Shown in pieces: positions 24,001 to 28,004 of a stretch of 64,000 bases of DNA; the stretch's first letter is position 1, and every line of letters starts with the position of its first letter. A program made the position numbers and the translations under genes. A model generated the notes under the pieces. The model was not told the DNA's origin. It saw nothing but the letters and a program-made list of their open reading frames with translations, and searched no databases. The DNA is taken from positions 533,711 to 597,710 of the forward strand of contig OZ251578.1 in assembly GCA_965243835.1 (NCBI GenBank), written 5' to 3'. This stretch comes from Candidatus Spongiisociaceae bacterium. GTDB lineage: Bacteria; Actinomycetota; Acidimicrobiia; Spongiisociales; Spongiisociaceae.

Positions 24001-25775
24001 CGCCTACCTCCAACATTACGGTCAACGTGACGGTCACCACCCATTACGCTTCCGGGTCCGGCCTGACCGCCGCCGGGACGTTGACCATTCCGGCCGGGAC
24101 CCGGAGCGGAACCGCCGACATTTCGGTGAACGTGCGCGACGACAACGTGGTGGGGGAGGGGGGCGGAACCTGGACCATCAGCGGAACCGCCCCCGGCATG
24201 GGGGTGATCGACGCCACCGTGCAGGTGGTGGACGATGACACGCCCTCCTCCCGGATTGAACTTGCGTTGAACCCGGCGGAGGTGGACGAGAACGCGGGCT
24301 CCTCTCCCGCCTCCATCGCCGTCCGCGCCCGCTTCCCCTCCGGTTCGCCGGTGCTGACCGTCGCCACCGCGGTTACGGTGGCCGTGGGCGGAGCCGGCAC
24401 TTCCGCCGTCGCCGGGACCGACTTTGAGAACCTGAGCGTTCCCAATCCGTTTACGGTGACCATTCCCGCCCGGGCTTCGCAGTCGGCGGCGGGGACGTTC
24501 ACGGTGGTCATCAGAAACGATATGGAACCGGAACCCGAGGAGCGCATCGCCGTATCCGGTTCCGCCGCCGGTTTCACGGTCGACGGCGCCGCTTTGCGCA
24601 TCGTCGACGACGATGCGGTACCCGAGTTGACCATCCGCAACCAGACGGTGGCGGAGAACGCCGGGAGGGCGACCGTAACCGTCCGGTTGAGCGGCATGGT
24701 GGACAACGGGTTCACCGCCCGGGCTTCCACCGTGAACGGTTCCGCGCAGGCCGGGCATGACTACAGGGCGGTCGTCGACGAGGAGTTGGCTTTCACCGGA
24801 ACCGACGGGGAAACCCGGACTTTTGAAGTTGGCATCATAAACGACCGCGCCGTCGAGGAGGAGGAGTCCTTCGGCGTTCGCCTGACGGTTCCGGCCGACT
24901 CCGGGGTGCAGGTCGACAGCCGGGGCGGAACCATCACCATCAGGGACAACGACACCGCCTCCCCCCCCGGCGGAGACCGGAGAATAATAACGCCCCCGCC
25001 CAGCAGTCCCCCCGCCCAGCAACCCCCCGCCCAGCAACCCCCCGCCCCGACCGGTCCCACCGGTCCGACGGGCCCGACCGGCCCCACCGGCCCCGCTGAT
25101 CCCACTGATCCGACCGGCCCGGTCGATCCCGCCGACCCGACCGGCCCCGTTGATCCCGCCGACCCCGTCGATCCGTTCCTGCCTCCGCCGCCTCCGCCTC
25201 CGGATACCTATGAGGGGACTTTCCGGGACGATGACGGCAGCGTCCACGAGTCCAACATCGAGCGGATCGCCGAGGAGAATATCACCATCGGTTGCGATGA
25301 CCAGGCGAACTTCTGCCCGGGGCAGTCCATCACCCGCCGTCAGATGTCGGCTTTCCTGTACCGGGCGGTGGTGGAACGGTCCGGGGAACCGGCTCCGCCG
25401 CCCTCCGGGGCGGAGTTGGGCGACGTCCCGCCCGGGGCCTGGTACGCCTCGTCGGCGGACTGGGGGGTGGCCATCGGCGCCTTCTCCGCCCCTGGCGGCC
25501 TGTTCGACCCGGCCGGGGTGGTGACCCGGGCCGATATGGCGGTGATGCTGGTGGCCGCTTTCTCCCACCTGAGCGCCGTATCCGAAGCGGAGGGTTTGTT
25601 CACCGACTTGGACGGCATTTCGGACGAGGTAATACGGGCCATCGAAGGCCTCTACCATGCGGGTATCACCCTGGGTTGCACCGCCGACCCGTTGCGCTAC
25701 TGCCCCAACGAGGCGGTAACCCGCGCCCAGATGGCCTCCTTCTTCGTCCGCGCCCTGGACTCCGCCCCCTCCTAA
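3..25775 (+). CDS. Giant cell-surface protein, 5'-truncated by window edge (>8,590 aa): many Calx-beta/Ig-like repeats, three LRR blocks, Pro-rich linker, C-terminal SLH repeats
   Basis: Frame of ORF 72..25775 is already open at position 3 (PDGASHAGAAFDLTVVDDADAEGVET, mid-repeat), so GTG at 72 is not the true start. Recurrent V.EG...TVTVTA...G.A..G.DY...IPAG...DD...E..ET...I.DDD units; LxxLDLSGNxLSGxIP repeats; C-terminal F.D..G..H...I..I....IT.GC...FCP...ITRRQM / VTRADMA / VTRAQMA motifs. Confidence 0.92.
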   Translation, partial: PDGASHAGAAFDLTVVDDADAEGVETLSVTSPAVVSTAGWLVVSPGSVTIADDETVPTDKVVNLLVGRTRVTEGGSDQSVTVYAYLPAAQATETTDITLSLALADGAATVADGDYAPLSGNVVLTIPAQKRFGKATVPIAVPQDDAPESEQTVFLRAVSTPAGFHAHPSEFTITIADDDEKAINLSLDQTTVAEGGSDQTVTVTAAFPDSQGPADSDTVLQLNLADGTAAAGSDYTALAANAVLTIPAGQTSATADVVIAVPDDQDVEYEKTVLLRVVSSPAGFNILPAEFIVAIIDNEDKVINLSLDQESVTEGASDQTVTVTASFPDGQGPESSDTVVSFNLADGTATSGSDYTVLAANVDLTIPMGDSSATADVTITVPNDNNAEADETVILRAVSTPAGFAVAPDRFTIAIVDDDNKLINLSLDQTTVAESGDDQTVTVTASFPGAQGTESSDTAFSLNLADGTATAADGDYTALSGNVDLTIPMGDTSVAADVTVAVSPDTVPEADQTVILRPISVPSGFITVPRELVITIADGDFKIINLSIDQTTVAEGGSDQTVTVTATLPEGQWTELTPTTIGLNLVDGTARAADGDYAALTGNVDLTIPAGQSSAAVDVTIDIPQDAVFEPDQTVILRAVSAPAPFRVTPVEFPIAIVDDDKAVTLSIDQTTVAEGGADQTVTVTAALPDIQGTESTATTVSFNLEDGSAVAADGDYTALAGNVDLTIPAGQSSATADVTIAVPDDSKQEEDKTVILRAVAVPDGFAAVRPDAFVVTITDDDNKYLDLSIDQTSVAEGGSDQTVTVTASFPDGQGTESAATTVSLQLADGSATAADGDYTALAGNVDLTIPMGDTSATADVTIAVPQDTVPEAEQTVILRAVSTPTGFTAVRPSALTVVITDDEKVIHLSVDQTRVAEGGSDQTVTVTASFPDGQGTESGSTAITLNLADGSATTADNDYTALSGAVALTIPSGASSATADVTIAVPQDTVPEADQTVILHAVATPSGFTVMPTRFAVTITDDDAGITPLDAALCSDGTYVEDTSNAGLIADCQALVDIRNHFTNLVANADLPVRVDEEHFLRIWGKTRFALWRRSEGARPRSEFETRDVRSWPGVTVQEADGVLRVTGLALPTEPAPLLTYNTQYSIIDQVPVPSGIDAEPYRLAGSVPEAIGRLTELASLDLSGNSLSGGVPSRALPPGLTSLDLAGNDLFLGALDVTSLTGLEELRLEGVSLAAWPTGISTGVKVLDMSDTGLSGSLPDLSGWRALELLDLSGNDLSGSALAGLSGATELEVLDLGGNRLSGGLPAEWGPQRATGLRSLRVLDLSGNDLSGALPVLAEFAHWDLTFLDLSGNRLSGSVPAWLGVISGLTHLNLSGNDFSGALPGLERMTGLEYLNLNGNGFSGVIPAGWAALIGLRQLRMDDNRLSGPFPAWVGRLSNLQHLHLAGNRLTGAIPASLGDLDLIHLDLSGNRLRGSIPASLGGLSGLRLLRLGDNRLSGSIPAGVYVGRDPVSGEARAGLEALTGLEVLDLGGNLLEGVIPPALGQMAGLRELDLGGNRLQGSLPDSLGGLTGLERLVVGDNRLRGGLPTAALGTLTGLVYLDAGGNPDLYPHGDVGSEVLGLGSWWPAVDEVTHLDLSGIGMAGVFPSGLESLSRLVYLDLSGNRLTGPLPAALGGLEELETLLVGDNRLTGPVPAGWGRLSAAGGGSLARLGLCGNAFTGRLPGLLTSGVELTGYPSGAAPREAGACNRGAALSVYPGLVGEDAGATEVTVTARRFDTSPIDEEAVVFFTLSGADGGAQLGSDFTFRDPNGETFSPPAPSGWVRLSTDATQPLPEGAAATVRVTAALPAGVANSQEVRVRLQVGAAHDPARVGARIGDGDYSYEVVGGGTAEVVIPTGANSASVDLRVSPYADGEREGVENFTITGVANGCVGVPVDGCTVGPTAAAITDPGSPVVLPLLIPAGRRTAVAIVEITPVDDGNVESPVENLLITGSATGFPVQAAVLGIADDDDAPQAMGWTLNTTSVEESSGEIEVEVEVVNSGDKIRSRDYTVSFTVGDDDDTAAAGRDYDVVADFEVVVPAGRSRATGSFTLSGTADGLDEPDETLTVTPSTADRVSVQSLEGTTAVTLTDADASPARVALSADVDPVAGGAQTSLTEEAGRRLVTVTAGFPEGAGLSPVRTVVDVAVGGQSGLASTAVRGEDYRAAESVRVVIPAGERSGSASFVMEVIDDATLGEPDETVSLVGTIAEGATLPVDHTTLPVDHLALTITDDDWGIELSLSTEEAAEGEGAVSVTVTAGFEASVTPPRYASTIVTVTVGAAGDSAMRSPEDDPSTPGVDESQAGDYTAPQTVTVTIPGNHRSFTNSFTVTVRDDRDAEDDETITLVGEAWNWSRGVDGYVIDPVVLTIPANDAAPIVNLAVDPATVAEPAFGSRPAVVTLTASLPDGSPLLDRDTAVNVSAAAVSGDTAVSRSDFLPRDSLELVIPAGSDSVSVPYRLVILGDGETESPETLTLSGRAAGLVVNPAQLTITDPATVPGIVTEAAFLSVSPAAVTENAADNTQTVTVTASLPVGVTAPAGGTTVTVAVAGGTAAEGASQDFTATAPAAIAIAAGASTGTTTFDLTVKPDATSENDETVIVSGSLSGSLASTAVTPAAVVIPGNDSAAALDPAGCGNGTWVSNPSGNANRVAGCRTLIALRNHWLANPDNAGLPADHPLRSWGSGLVGTWSGVMFAGNGQVSGLDLSGEGIAGTIPAALADLGTGLAHLDLSGNRLSGTIPDWSGLTGLEVVDLSGNRLSGAIPDWSGLTDLLGADLSDNRLSGAIPAWSALTDLDSLDLSGNHLSGYIPAWSALTLLDTLDLSDNRLSGVIPAWSDLTFLSTLDLSGNNLSGIIPNWSALTLLESLDLSDNRLSGTIPDWSGFVYLLTLDLSGNNLSGAIPAASALTDLRVLNLGGNRLTGNIPSAIGSLTFLTSLDLSDNDLDGSIPAALGGLSDLENLNLSGNRLRGSIPAALGKLTNLRSLHVDDNRLTGTIPAGIGELAYSPVRSGGSLRRFSFCGNIFAGDLPGGLFSGWVRLEDSPRDSGFVHPPFHPRRPLADCERGVRLSVAGPVAENASPAPEVTVTASLVGFGGPGQPPLPTAPTAVTVTVTDGTAVSPADYAAVEDFAITIPAGRSSAAGTFTFTPNNNSVAEGDETILITAAAGTMAAAGTELAVIDDDRIAATAINLTVDPSRVEEGSVTSLTVTASLPADALARNTASAVALSLTDGTARAGTDFTNVTGQTVTIPAGSRTGSVTFDLTAAENSAVAVDKAFTVAGTLSSITVRPATVTIANNDVPPDLDPAICDATDVVPAGNPNLAVNCRALVAARNHWTGDLANAGLPSSHPLRSWDGSTSIASWSGVTVSTLGSGTEQWITGLDLSASSAADRISGTIPSLSGLTALASLDLSGNHLTGPLPASLPPTLTSLNVSGNRLTGGIPSGLGALPLTTFRFCQNNLSGLLPAALRTGVAYDAAYADSSERVEACAIALTLSVTPDSVVEGRLRPVTVEARLPAGVAAPEGGLTVAVRSEAGTDSGTATPADFTPASVTIVIPAGERTASARLPLQVTDDVRQESAETISITGSAVGYNVAPATVTISANDATAATGVVWSLDRAVVAEGASASAYQLTLTAAIPDDTRPFAAAKDVRPVVGAAGDSAVSGTDYTAIDFTGDNMVLPAGQRRVSKTFTLTVAADNLLEGDETLTISGATGGVNTLVPNPISVTITDEDAQVALGVNTSTAAEQAAAHSVTVVAAASPGITAQRHIRIPLTVVPDTAQAADFTVSAPGSIVIPQGQGSGTTSFNLTAVADSDQLEPEEKILVTSPATGFKVLSRSGAVYEDLRNLTGIGISPAVITIPAYDKIVTVDLSVQREDQNNGSPRISYSRPHTENGMPVTSTVTFAMQFHYPGGSPHPVGFTIQSGSSSSGLNGSTVVSNFNDQVVNTTPRLVTSSVVNAPSGGYALRLPSAIIEDDEWSSRPTGIELTVDRARVNEGAGTAQITVTAAFTRDGGSPAGLDVDTDVPVVIRSGSALAGTDFRLVDSGGDPASSEFAIRIPSGETSATSVINLALVADSLPEDDETLWAAASRIPRPNGFVFRDGVEPAVLTITDHTPILFHFSVGSLRVTNDDPPRHIPILVPLASLREQPGQTAGEPHYTYITVTASLPAGTPLPARDLEIRNVRFTDGSAAGDDYTAPASVNLTIPAGQRSSIAGRTIKVGVLDDDLAEGPETIRLSAAAPLGYAIADTELTIDDNETAATGVQLIVNPNPVAEAAGSQSVGITARLGTWTAAPSTYAYTNHLGAQVTIACPLDEFGVSRCSHPDPADTSQMITVVQQPVFAPVATPIPVTHTHAYDRSVLDPQTGMMVTERAAISCGPDELGVGRCSYSDAVDPAADACALFTGRATAVCSYSVAGSRVSVAYRPALNGTAGVRTADTEVEARWGPAAAQSWLVPAMAGSDFAIPGPLRIVVPAGELQRTVYADLEVADDGTAEPSETFKLSAEATGMTVLDAPVVIAGNAQRPSVTLRAAPASVEESAGTVAVRITASIDGQLSTTDTGIAVSVGTEDDSAAEGVDYATVPDFSLVIPAGRPSATAVVELSVVDDGLAEGVETVSVTGGADRDDITDGVITITDDDAAALRFTLDVAAVEEDSGTTEVTVTAALAGGGVRGEDVPVAITVTGADALYCHQDDANDLVNCPSQPGKAQAGDDYAAVPDFTITIPAGRSRAEGSFSWTVVDDRLQEGAEKATVTATAGDEVVIRELAITDNDRAAADLELNLTPALGTAEPPGASFPELAAPRRQGAVVRSYSYIVTAAPVAEQGLLTSPSTVTLSVGEGTVSADDYQISFLPDQTVVVPAGPIEDLGADNQVLVTITPVDDDRVEGPESLVLTGVASGGQNVASTVLTITDTAPTGIDYINISLDRTEVGEGEGSVPLQVTAQLACRRAGICPRLSEARTVEIQVSETLSRAAAGDDFTLGTASITIPAGKSAASAVVQLQVLDDRLAEGNESIAITGSAFGYRADPATLLIIDDEPAMGELDLQFSRGSAGEGAGAVPLLLTAGWPAGVSVLTDTEVTVILGGGTAEAGVDYEVLERSRFTMTIPAGRSRVSARLGELTLVDDEVAEGTETFAALGWAQARGEDVRSYKVNSAVLRITDDDPAEVRLTVDTPHVLEDDDRGLFLDDRDKQSTCLPGPEFWQHGSRQFSYDFCRRPDRTIPITVTASLIDGEGAGTVVRDLDTVVRVSVGAEEDTAASGTDYVVTEGLESDGYLYIVIPAGEASATGNFRMEVTDDNMAGETEWSSVPADNGNARVNIIRTESLSITGAVAAGPGPALLAVVDAVAKEIWDLADLLPSAQIAVTGAAVEIWDLTDLMPTDINFTLSTARVAEGDADRTVPVTVAVSLGLPPIPKRIPQRRCRWCAELIDQTPGPHRDLYTLPYDLTVPITFTADLDEEGNPLPGWAAAGVDYGTPVPVNPAPGEAGLSVTIPAGRSTGTTMFNLPLIGDYVTENAVGIGHSGSEWLRVGTDLPGWTTEEAILEIVDDDPAPVLRLEADRETVSEDGGTQPVTLTARLVSPDGSPGSFTADLPFVLQVGDAGDGARLSADGAAGRHDFRLGAPPVDDAPTNTRGDWINYRVASPELTEGSEADIELHINTAVQAFGEKRIMVSVGAAGDSASASDYELVSATWHNQDLPVTNGRFTATIGGGGSGITVTMRLRVTDDAEYEGTEVLTISGTAAGACHPHTNSCEVGSVQLAIPRNDEPVVLPEATPTSERGGWVNLEADDPPPLTEGSLADVPLRVTLAAARTAVTTVTVQVGADDDKFGVYRGRGEGIRVSRFNSEHRAQRSADYEVVGVRFGPDELTVTDGAFAVPIPAGSTEAVVTLRLRVTDDTAYEGAEVFTISGSTADCPADGSCTAGWLELAIPRNDQPPLGNLKAVTIPAGESSVSATFDLHVLEDNLDEGDGEDVFLGAARLPLPDPPEPVRVRITDNDTASDVINLNVAQAGSGGQPNWVNENAGSDLDLSVALSFPEGAGARLTDTTVILSSADGSAGPADYSLQFLDADRDGPLWPGQAVIPAGETGVVWLMGPPTVQFGKYVPGSVDFDVVDDAEAEGDETFTISGSAPGFRVGSDTVTIKDSEPDAIVLTIGSIGSGRNTGARELELGEDVNARLADLPGGVAGPITLQVRAAFPDSIADGDLPASDTEITLGGADGKLLAWDGGLSRPATGGEYAVQSVVLNTRNTPLTLTIPANTRSAVGTIRVSMLDDSVVEGTENFQISGSTTDYKVSPAVVHVTDNDTELPVFDLSVSPRFVAEGVSGEQQVTVTVTARGAARLGADTVVQLELGATEPGGPDYEPVAEDDLRLVVPADAASGSVTFGLTLVDDNVAEGVSSTAYDAVTVSGSAVSPLGGEPLQVTTGLVVVVDNDVVTRAIRLSASVPEGGLREGDKSGVTVRAAFPDGSAVRPVDTTVLVEPGVVTGSVGNPAREAGEDDYQWPAAGVRVVIPAGELSGETTFALTLTDDRLSEPEEIISLSGRAVAPYRLPFPRHPDREFAVIPTTVTVADNDVTPSYVTLAVAPAPPAADDESGPSGMSGASGAASPPFTGMVREGDETAEFIVTAYFGPGAARSVDTFFTLGLGGRSERTINLATPDGRTIRDRRGRPVAITIPGDTAVKGTDFRIVDDAGNPVTDDLVVVIPAGRSSGSAAFRLAVTDDSLVGEDPEILTIYSTAPAPVGSNPEFDVAPVTLTIMDNDQAGVINLTLTNAADQPLESVDESAGTGVTVKVTASFPGGGVLAADTAVDVTVEDGTAFGKGVDYTDQSDTQTTPLRLTIPAGSNSAVGSLTLDLINDDDFEGHETISIAGTVAGAQTVDYTVNSATLTILDDEATINLTADTDSGMPNDQTTVSEADGIIPVRVTATLPATASLPPSATTIAVSLQESGDSNKADKGTGADFVMVDASGNELANVDLVLPLGARTSSPITLRLKVNDDRTVEPDETLLVSGTTGAIEVISVALTIADNDVDLTVDDNSVDEGSTDTIVVTAAVGEAAPAGGRTVSLAVASGGDFTAEAADFTATPASSPFAVEIAAGSTSGTAVFDLQAVDDTAAEDAETVGVTGTLSGFQVDPATVTIADQDRGVTLTLVDSADNEVTSVGEDDAAATSLNFTVALDAASSDLTGALSVMVAVGASGSTAAVGASADYTRSASSVTVTIPAGDLTATSASGVSIDPVSDAVAEGDEIIRFTGTATGFQSANADLTIDDPDSQIFLTLNNVNPAEDADPATSFTVTAAYGSSVTSSTIGSATAVAITAAGSGSKPADSHDFSYNATSVSIPANALTSGAQALGLTITDDDRVDDGSGATNAETLAVGGTPPSGFPAISPVTVTISDDDHRISWSFTRSSAAYTGGTEGDSLGSVMGTASFAGSSSDLPANVAVTLVIDAVDDVGDSTDDAVTAQAADLTAPGSPITVTIPAGSTSAPARALTGYVFAQDTAAELPETVLAGGSAGAYPVDDTPLTITDDDSVISLTFGQSAAENSALGAAQVSASFAPTAATSDITSATVVTLSFDAGGTATAAATDFTAPGTAVTVSIPGGSTSSASAVSLTGLTVNDDTRAEGTETIRVRGTADNALAVPDAYLPIVDSDLGVALTVDTDSGTPGDQTALDEDGTPAVRVRAAFTTATVSDLSSATTVSVNAAPSATASALGGGTDFTPAPSAAAITIGANSLSGSAVTLAGLGINDDTIAEGSETFRITGTVSGAAAGGSAAPVTLTILDDDTALVLRASPNLVIEQAVAHDITVTTAFDAASSVLTSATRVTVVIASGDGANAATLGSSGDFTTDQTGNSFTVDIPAGQISAAGTFKLTAPTDSTTEGTEHVKISGSAAVSGVSLQSDTTMSITDQDIVNLSVADADTTASGTQTVISEGAGTARLRIGGTLSAQSRTPTSNITVNVTVTTHYASGSGLTAAGTLTIPAGTRSGTADISVNVRDDNVVGEGGGTWTISGTAPGMGVIDATVQVVDDDTPSSRIELALNPAEVDENAGSSPASIAVRARFPSGSPVLTVATAVTVAVGGAGTSAVAGTDFENLSVPNPFTVTIPARASQSAAGTFTVVIRNDMEPEPEERIAVSGSAAGFTVDGAALRIVDDDAVPELTIRNQTVAENAGRATVTVRLSGMVDNGFTARASTVNGSAQAGHDYRAVVDEELAFTGTDGETRTFEVGIINDRAVEEEESFGVRLTVPADSGVQVDSRGGTITIRDNDTASPPGGDRRIITPPPSSPPAQQPPAQQPPAPTGPTGPTGPTGPTGPADPTDPTGPVDPADPTGPVDPADPVDPFLPPPPPPPDTYEGTFRDDDGSVHESNIERIAEENITIGCDDQANFCPGQSITRRQMSAFLYRAVVERSGEPAPPPSGAELGDVPPGAWYASSADWGVAIGAFSAPGGLFDPAGVVTRADMAVMLVAAFSHLSAVSEAEGLFTDLDGISDEVIRAIEGLYHAGITLGCTADPLRYCPNEAVTRAQMASFFVRALDSAPS
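183..3075 (+). repeat. Eight tandem ~120-122 aa (360-366 bp) Calx-beta-like repeats with high nucleotide identity
   Basis: Units start near 183, 546, 906, 1266, 1629, 1989, 2355, 2718; shared DNA such as gatcagacggtgacggt and ggcaatgtggatttgacgattccc; protein consensus INLS.DQT.VAEGGSDQTVTVTA. Confidence 0.9.
3085..5262 (+). repeat. LRR block 1 with Cys-containing N-cap and C-cap (plant-type LRR consensus)
   Basis: N-cap LCSDG...DCQAL..IRNH...W...SWPGV; about two dozen LxxLDLxGNxLSGx(I/L)P units; C-cap LCGNAFTG...ACNRG. Confidence 0.88.
8020..9330 (+). repeat. LRR block 2, including eight near-identical 23-aa (69 bp) units at 8310-8861
   Basis: Units such as LAHLDLSGNRLSGTIPDWSGLTG and LEVVDLSGNRLSGAIPDWSGLTD at exact 69-bp spacing, then 24-aa units; caps GCGNG...GCRTL and FCGN...DCERG. 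Confidence 0.9.
10040..10605 (+). repeat. LRR block 3 (short, same capping motifs)
   Basis: ICD...NCRAL..RNHW...HPLRSW...SWSGV cap, 3-4 LRR units, FCQNNLSG...EAC C-cap. Confidence 0.85.
24960..25205 (+). repeat. Proline-rich low-complexity linker (PPAQQ, PTG and DPxDPTGPV repeats)
   Basis: Translation PPAQQPPAQQPPAPTGPTGPTGPTGPTGPADPTDPTGPVDPADPTGPVDPADP between the last Calx-beta domain and the SLH region. Confidence 0.9.
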
Positions 25776-25812
25776 CCCCCGCCCCCGGATCCCGGGGCTG
25801 TGTCCACCTGGT

Positions 25813-25818
25813 TAGAAT
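25813..25818 (+). promoter_or_regulatory. Candidate -10 element upstream of the defence island
   Basis: TAGAAT in the intergenic gap, followed 7 nt later by ATG-GGG-TGG-TAG; no clear -35. Confidence 0.35.
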
Positions 25819-25881
25819 GAAGGGTATGGGGTGGTAGCTTGGCTGGTCATAAACATCGAGCAGAAAGCGGGGTAGTCAACG

Positions 25882-27117
25882 ATGGTCAACTATACGGATG
25901 AGCGGCTCTTGGAAATTATCGCCGACGGTGAATCTGACCGCGTTGAATTTAAGGAGTCGTTGCTAGGTGATGCTCCCCGCAGAATCCGGGAGGCCATCTG
26001 CGCTTTCGCAAACGACCTGCCCGGTTACGACGGACCGGGTCTAGTGTTCGTAGGGGTCAAATACGATGGGACAATCGGCGATTTGGAGATTAGCGACGAA
26101 CTGCTCCGGCAGTTAGCCGATATGAAAACCGATGGCAGTATTGTTCCACCTACCTCTTTGTCGGTCTCCCGACGGAAATTTCCCAGCGGGGAAGTAGGGC
26201 TGATTACCGTGCATCCTTCTGATTCTCCGCCCGTGCGTTGCAGGGGAGCAATCATTATACGAACCGGATCACGTCGCGGAATCGCAACTGCCCAAGACGA
26301 ACGCATTTTAAACGAAAAACGGCAACACGGAGATCGCCCTTTTGACATTAAACCAATTTCCCATGCCAGTATATCCGACTTGAGTTTGGGATTGTTTGAG
26401 CATGAATATTTAGTTCAGGCTTTTTCGAAAGAGGTATTAAACAAAAATGATCGCAGTGTGGAACAACAACTAGCGGCTACTAAAATGATAAACAATGTTC
26501 GGTATCCTGACCCTACGGTTCTAGGACTTCTTACTATAGGTAGACAACCCAAAGATTTTCTACACGGATCCTTTTTTCAATTTCTGCGAATAGACGGAGA
26601 TTCCTTAGCAGACAATATCGTACACAGTGCAGAATGGGATAGTAATTTTGCGATGATAATACAGGGATTGGATCACATGTTGGTTGCTTACAATAGAACC
26701 GCTGTTAAGATTACTTCAGCTCTACAGGAGGAAAGAATACATCTATATCCGTTGGAAACACTACAGCAGGTAACCAGAAATGCTATATTGCATCGTACCT
26801 ATCAAAGCAACACGCCTGCTAAGTGTCATTGGTTTAATGATCGTATTGAGGTGATAAGCCCCGGCGGCCCCTTTGGTGATGTGACCCCCCAAAATTTTGG
26901 CGAACCGGGCCTAACTGCTTATCGTAATCCCAACCTGGCTGATGCTATGAAGACCTTAGGTTTTGTTCAACGATTTGGGGCTGGGCTGATAATCGCTAGC
27001 AGACTTCTTGAGGAATCCGGGAATCCGCCTTTGGAATTCAAAGTTGATGATAATTTTGTAAGAGTAATCATTAAACCCAACCCTAACTATTTAGATTTTA
27101 CACAAGGAAAGGCGTGA
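25882..27117 (+). CDS. Schlafen/AlbA_2 domain + HATPase_c_4 (RecG-C-like) protein
   Basis: N-terminal GESDRVEFKE...ICAFAN...G.VFVGV; C-terminal NAILHRTY, DRIEVISPGG, YRNPNLA...LGFVQRFGAG; lower GC than flanks. Confidence 0.85.
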   Translation: MVNYTDERLLEIIADGESDRVEFKESLLGDAPRRIREAICAFANDLPGYDGPGLVFVGVKYDGTIGDLEISDELLRQLADMKTDGSIVPPTSLSVSRRKFPSGEVGLITVHPSDSPPVRCRGAIIIRTGSRRGIATAQDERILNEKRQHGDRPFDIKPISHASISDLSLGLFEHEYLVQAFSKEVLNKNDRSVEQQLAATKMINNVRYPDPTVLGLLTIGRQPKDFLHGSFFQFLRIDGDSLADNIVHSAEWDSNFAMIIQGLDHMLVAYNRTAVKITSALQEERIHLYPLETLQQVTRNAILHRTYQSNTPAKCHWFNDRIEVISPGGPFGDVTPQNFGEPGLTAYRNPNLADAMKTLGFVQRFGAGLIIASRLLEESGNPPLEFKVDDNFVRVIIKPNPNYLDFTQGKA

Positions 27118-27218
27118 TGCCGGTGACGCCGGTGTTGCAGGGGGAGCCGGAGTTGGTTCCCAAACCTGTATTGGGTTCTCCCCCCGCCCTGATGCCACTT
27201 CGCCCGTCCGTCGGTTAG
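27117..27218 (+). pseudogene. 33-codon remnant copy of the nucleoside phosphorylase N-terminus
   Basis: MPVTPVLQGEPELVPKPVLG versus MSLTPVLQVEPELVPERVLV at 36338; its ATG overlaps the upstream TGA (TGATG). Confidence 0.75.
27124..27160 (+). repeat. Left copy of 37-bp direct repeat
   Basis: tgacgccggtgttgcagggggagccggagttggttcc, 35/37 identical to 36345-36381. Confidence 0.9.
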
Positions 27219-27227
27219 ATTGACGGC

Positions 27228-28004
27228 ATGGAGGAGGTTTCCGTTCAGTGGTGGGGCGACCGGCCGGGGGATCATCCTCCGCCCGCCGGGTGGTTGCGGA
27301 CGGCGTGGAACTTCTGCTGGGAGTACGGCCTGCGCCGCCCCTTTCCGCACCCGCCCCGGGTGTTGGACGACCTGCGCCGGAGGTTGCGCGCCTATCTGAC
27401 GGAGCGGGAAGCCCCGGCTTACAAGTTAGAGGCGTTGGCGGACTGGGCGGCGGGGGAATACGTTTGGCGGCGGGCTTTCGAGGAGGGCCGCCCCTCCGGC
27501 GGCGCGGCGGCGGAAACGGGCCGTCCCCCCTTGCGCCCCCGTCCCTATTGGCTGGTACCGGAGTTGCCGCCGCTGATGCGGATGCCCGACATCGGGGGCC
27601 GTTTCCGCCCGCTGGTGCAGTTCGCCAAGGACTGGGCGGTGCGGCCCGCCTGCCGGAACAGTATGATGGCCGACCCCCCGCCGCCGGACGCCGAACCCGC
27701 CCTCGCGGCCAGCATCGCCGCCGTGGCGCACGCCCTGTGCGATTTGGATGAAATCAGTCCCCCCGCATGGGTGTTCGGGCATCGGGTTCCCCGACCAAGA
27801 CGCATCTGGGGCTTGCGGCAAATCGACTGGACCGCCGATTACGGCCAACTGATTCTGAAGTCCGCCCCCGCCGCCTGCGCCCACCACAACATTTTCTTCG
27901 CGTACTCCTTGATTATGGGCCCGCTTTGGCTAAACCCGGCAATGGACCGCCCCATCCCCGAAGACCAAATCCCCCCCAGATACCGCCTCCCCGCCCATGC
28001 CTAA
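27228..28004 (+). CDS. Hypothetical protein, probable partner (antitoxin-like) of the downstream nucleotidyltransferase
   Basis: Overlaps next gene by 8 nt; C-terminal DPPPP.....AASIAAVAHALC......PAWV...PAACAHHNIF pattern resembles proteins I recall upstream of DUF6036 genes; TAGATT 6 nt before ATG. Confidence 0.55.
   Translation: MEEVSVQWWGDRPGDHPPPAGWLRTAWNFCWEYGLRRPFPHPPRVLDDLRRRLRAYLTEREAPAYKLEALADWAAGEYVWRRAFEEGRPSGGAAAETGRPPLRPRPYWLVPELPPLMRMPDIGGRFRPLVQFAKDWAVRPACRNSMMADPPPPDAEPALAASIAAVAHALCDLDEISPPAWVFGHRVPRPRRIWGLRQIDWTADYGQLILKSAPAACAHHNIFFAYSLIMGPLWLNPAMDRPIPEDQIPPRYRLPAHA

Noticed and set aside
24961-24968. C8 run before the SLH anchor as a release switch
   Set aside because: In frame, encodes Ser-Pro-Pro at a Pro-rich linker, and is unremarkable at this GC content.
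25045-25095. (PTG)n as a collagen domain
   Set aside because: Only about five triplets; better explained as linker.
6138-25658. Long minus-strand ORFs of ~1,000 aa (6138..9296, 12459..15761, 16152..19040, 19248..22343, 22446..25658)
   Set aside because: Antisense shadows of the GC-rich giant gene; Arg/Gly/His-rich with no motifs.
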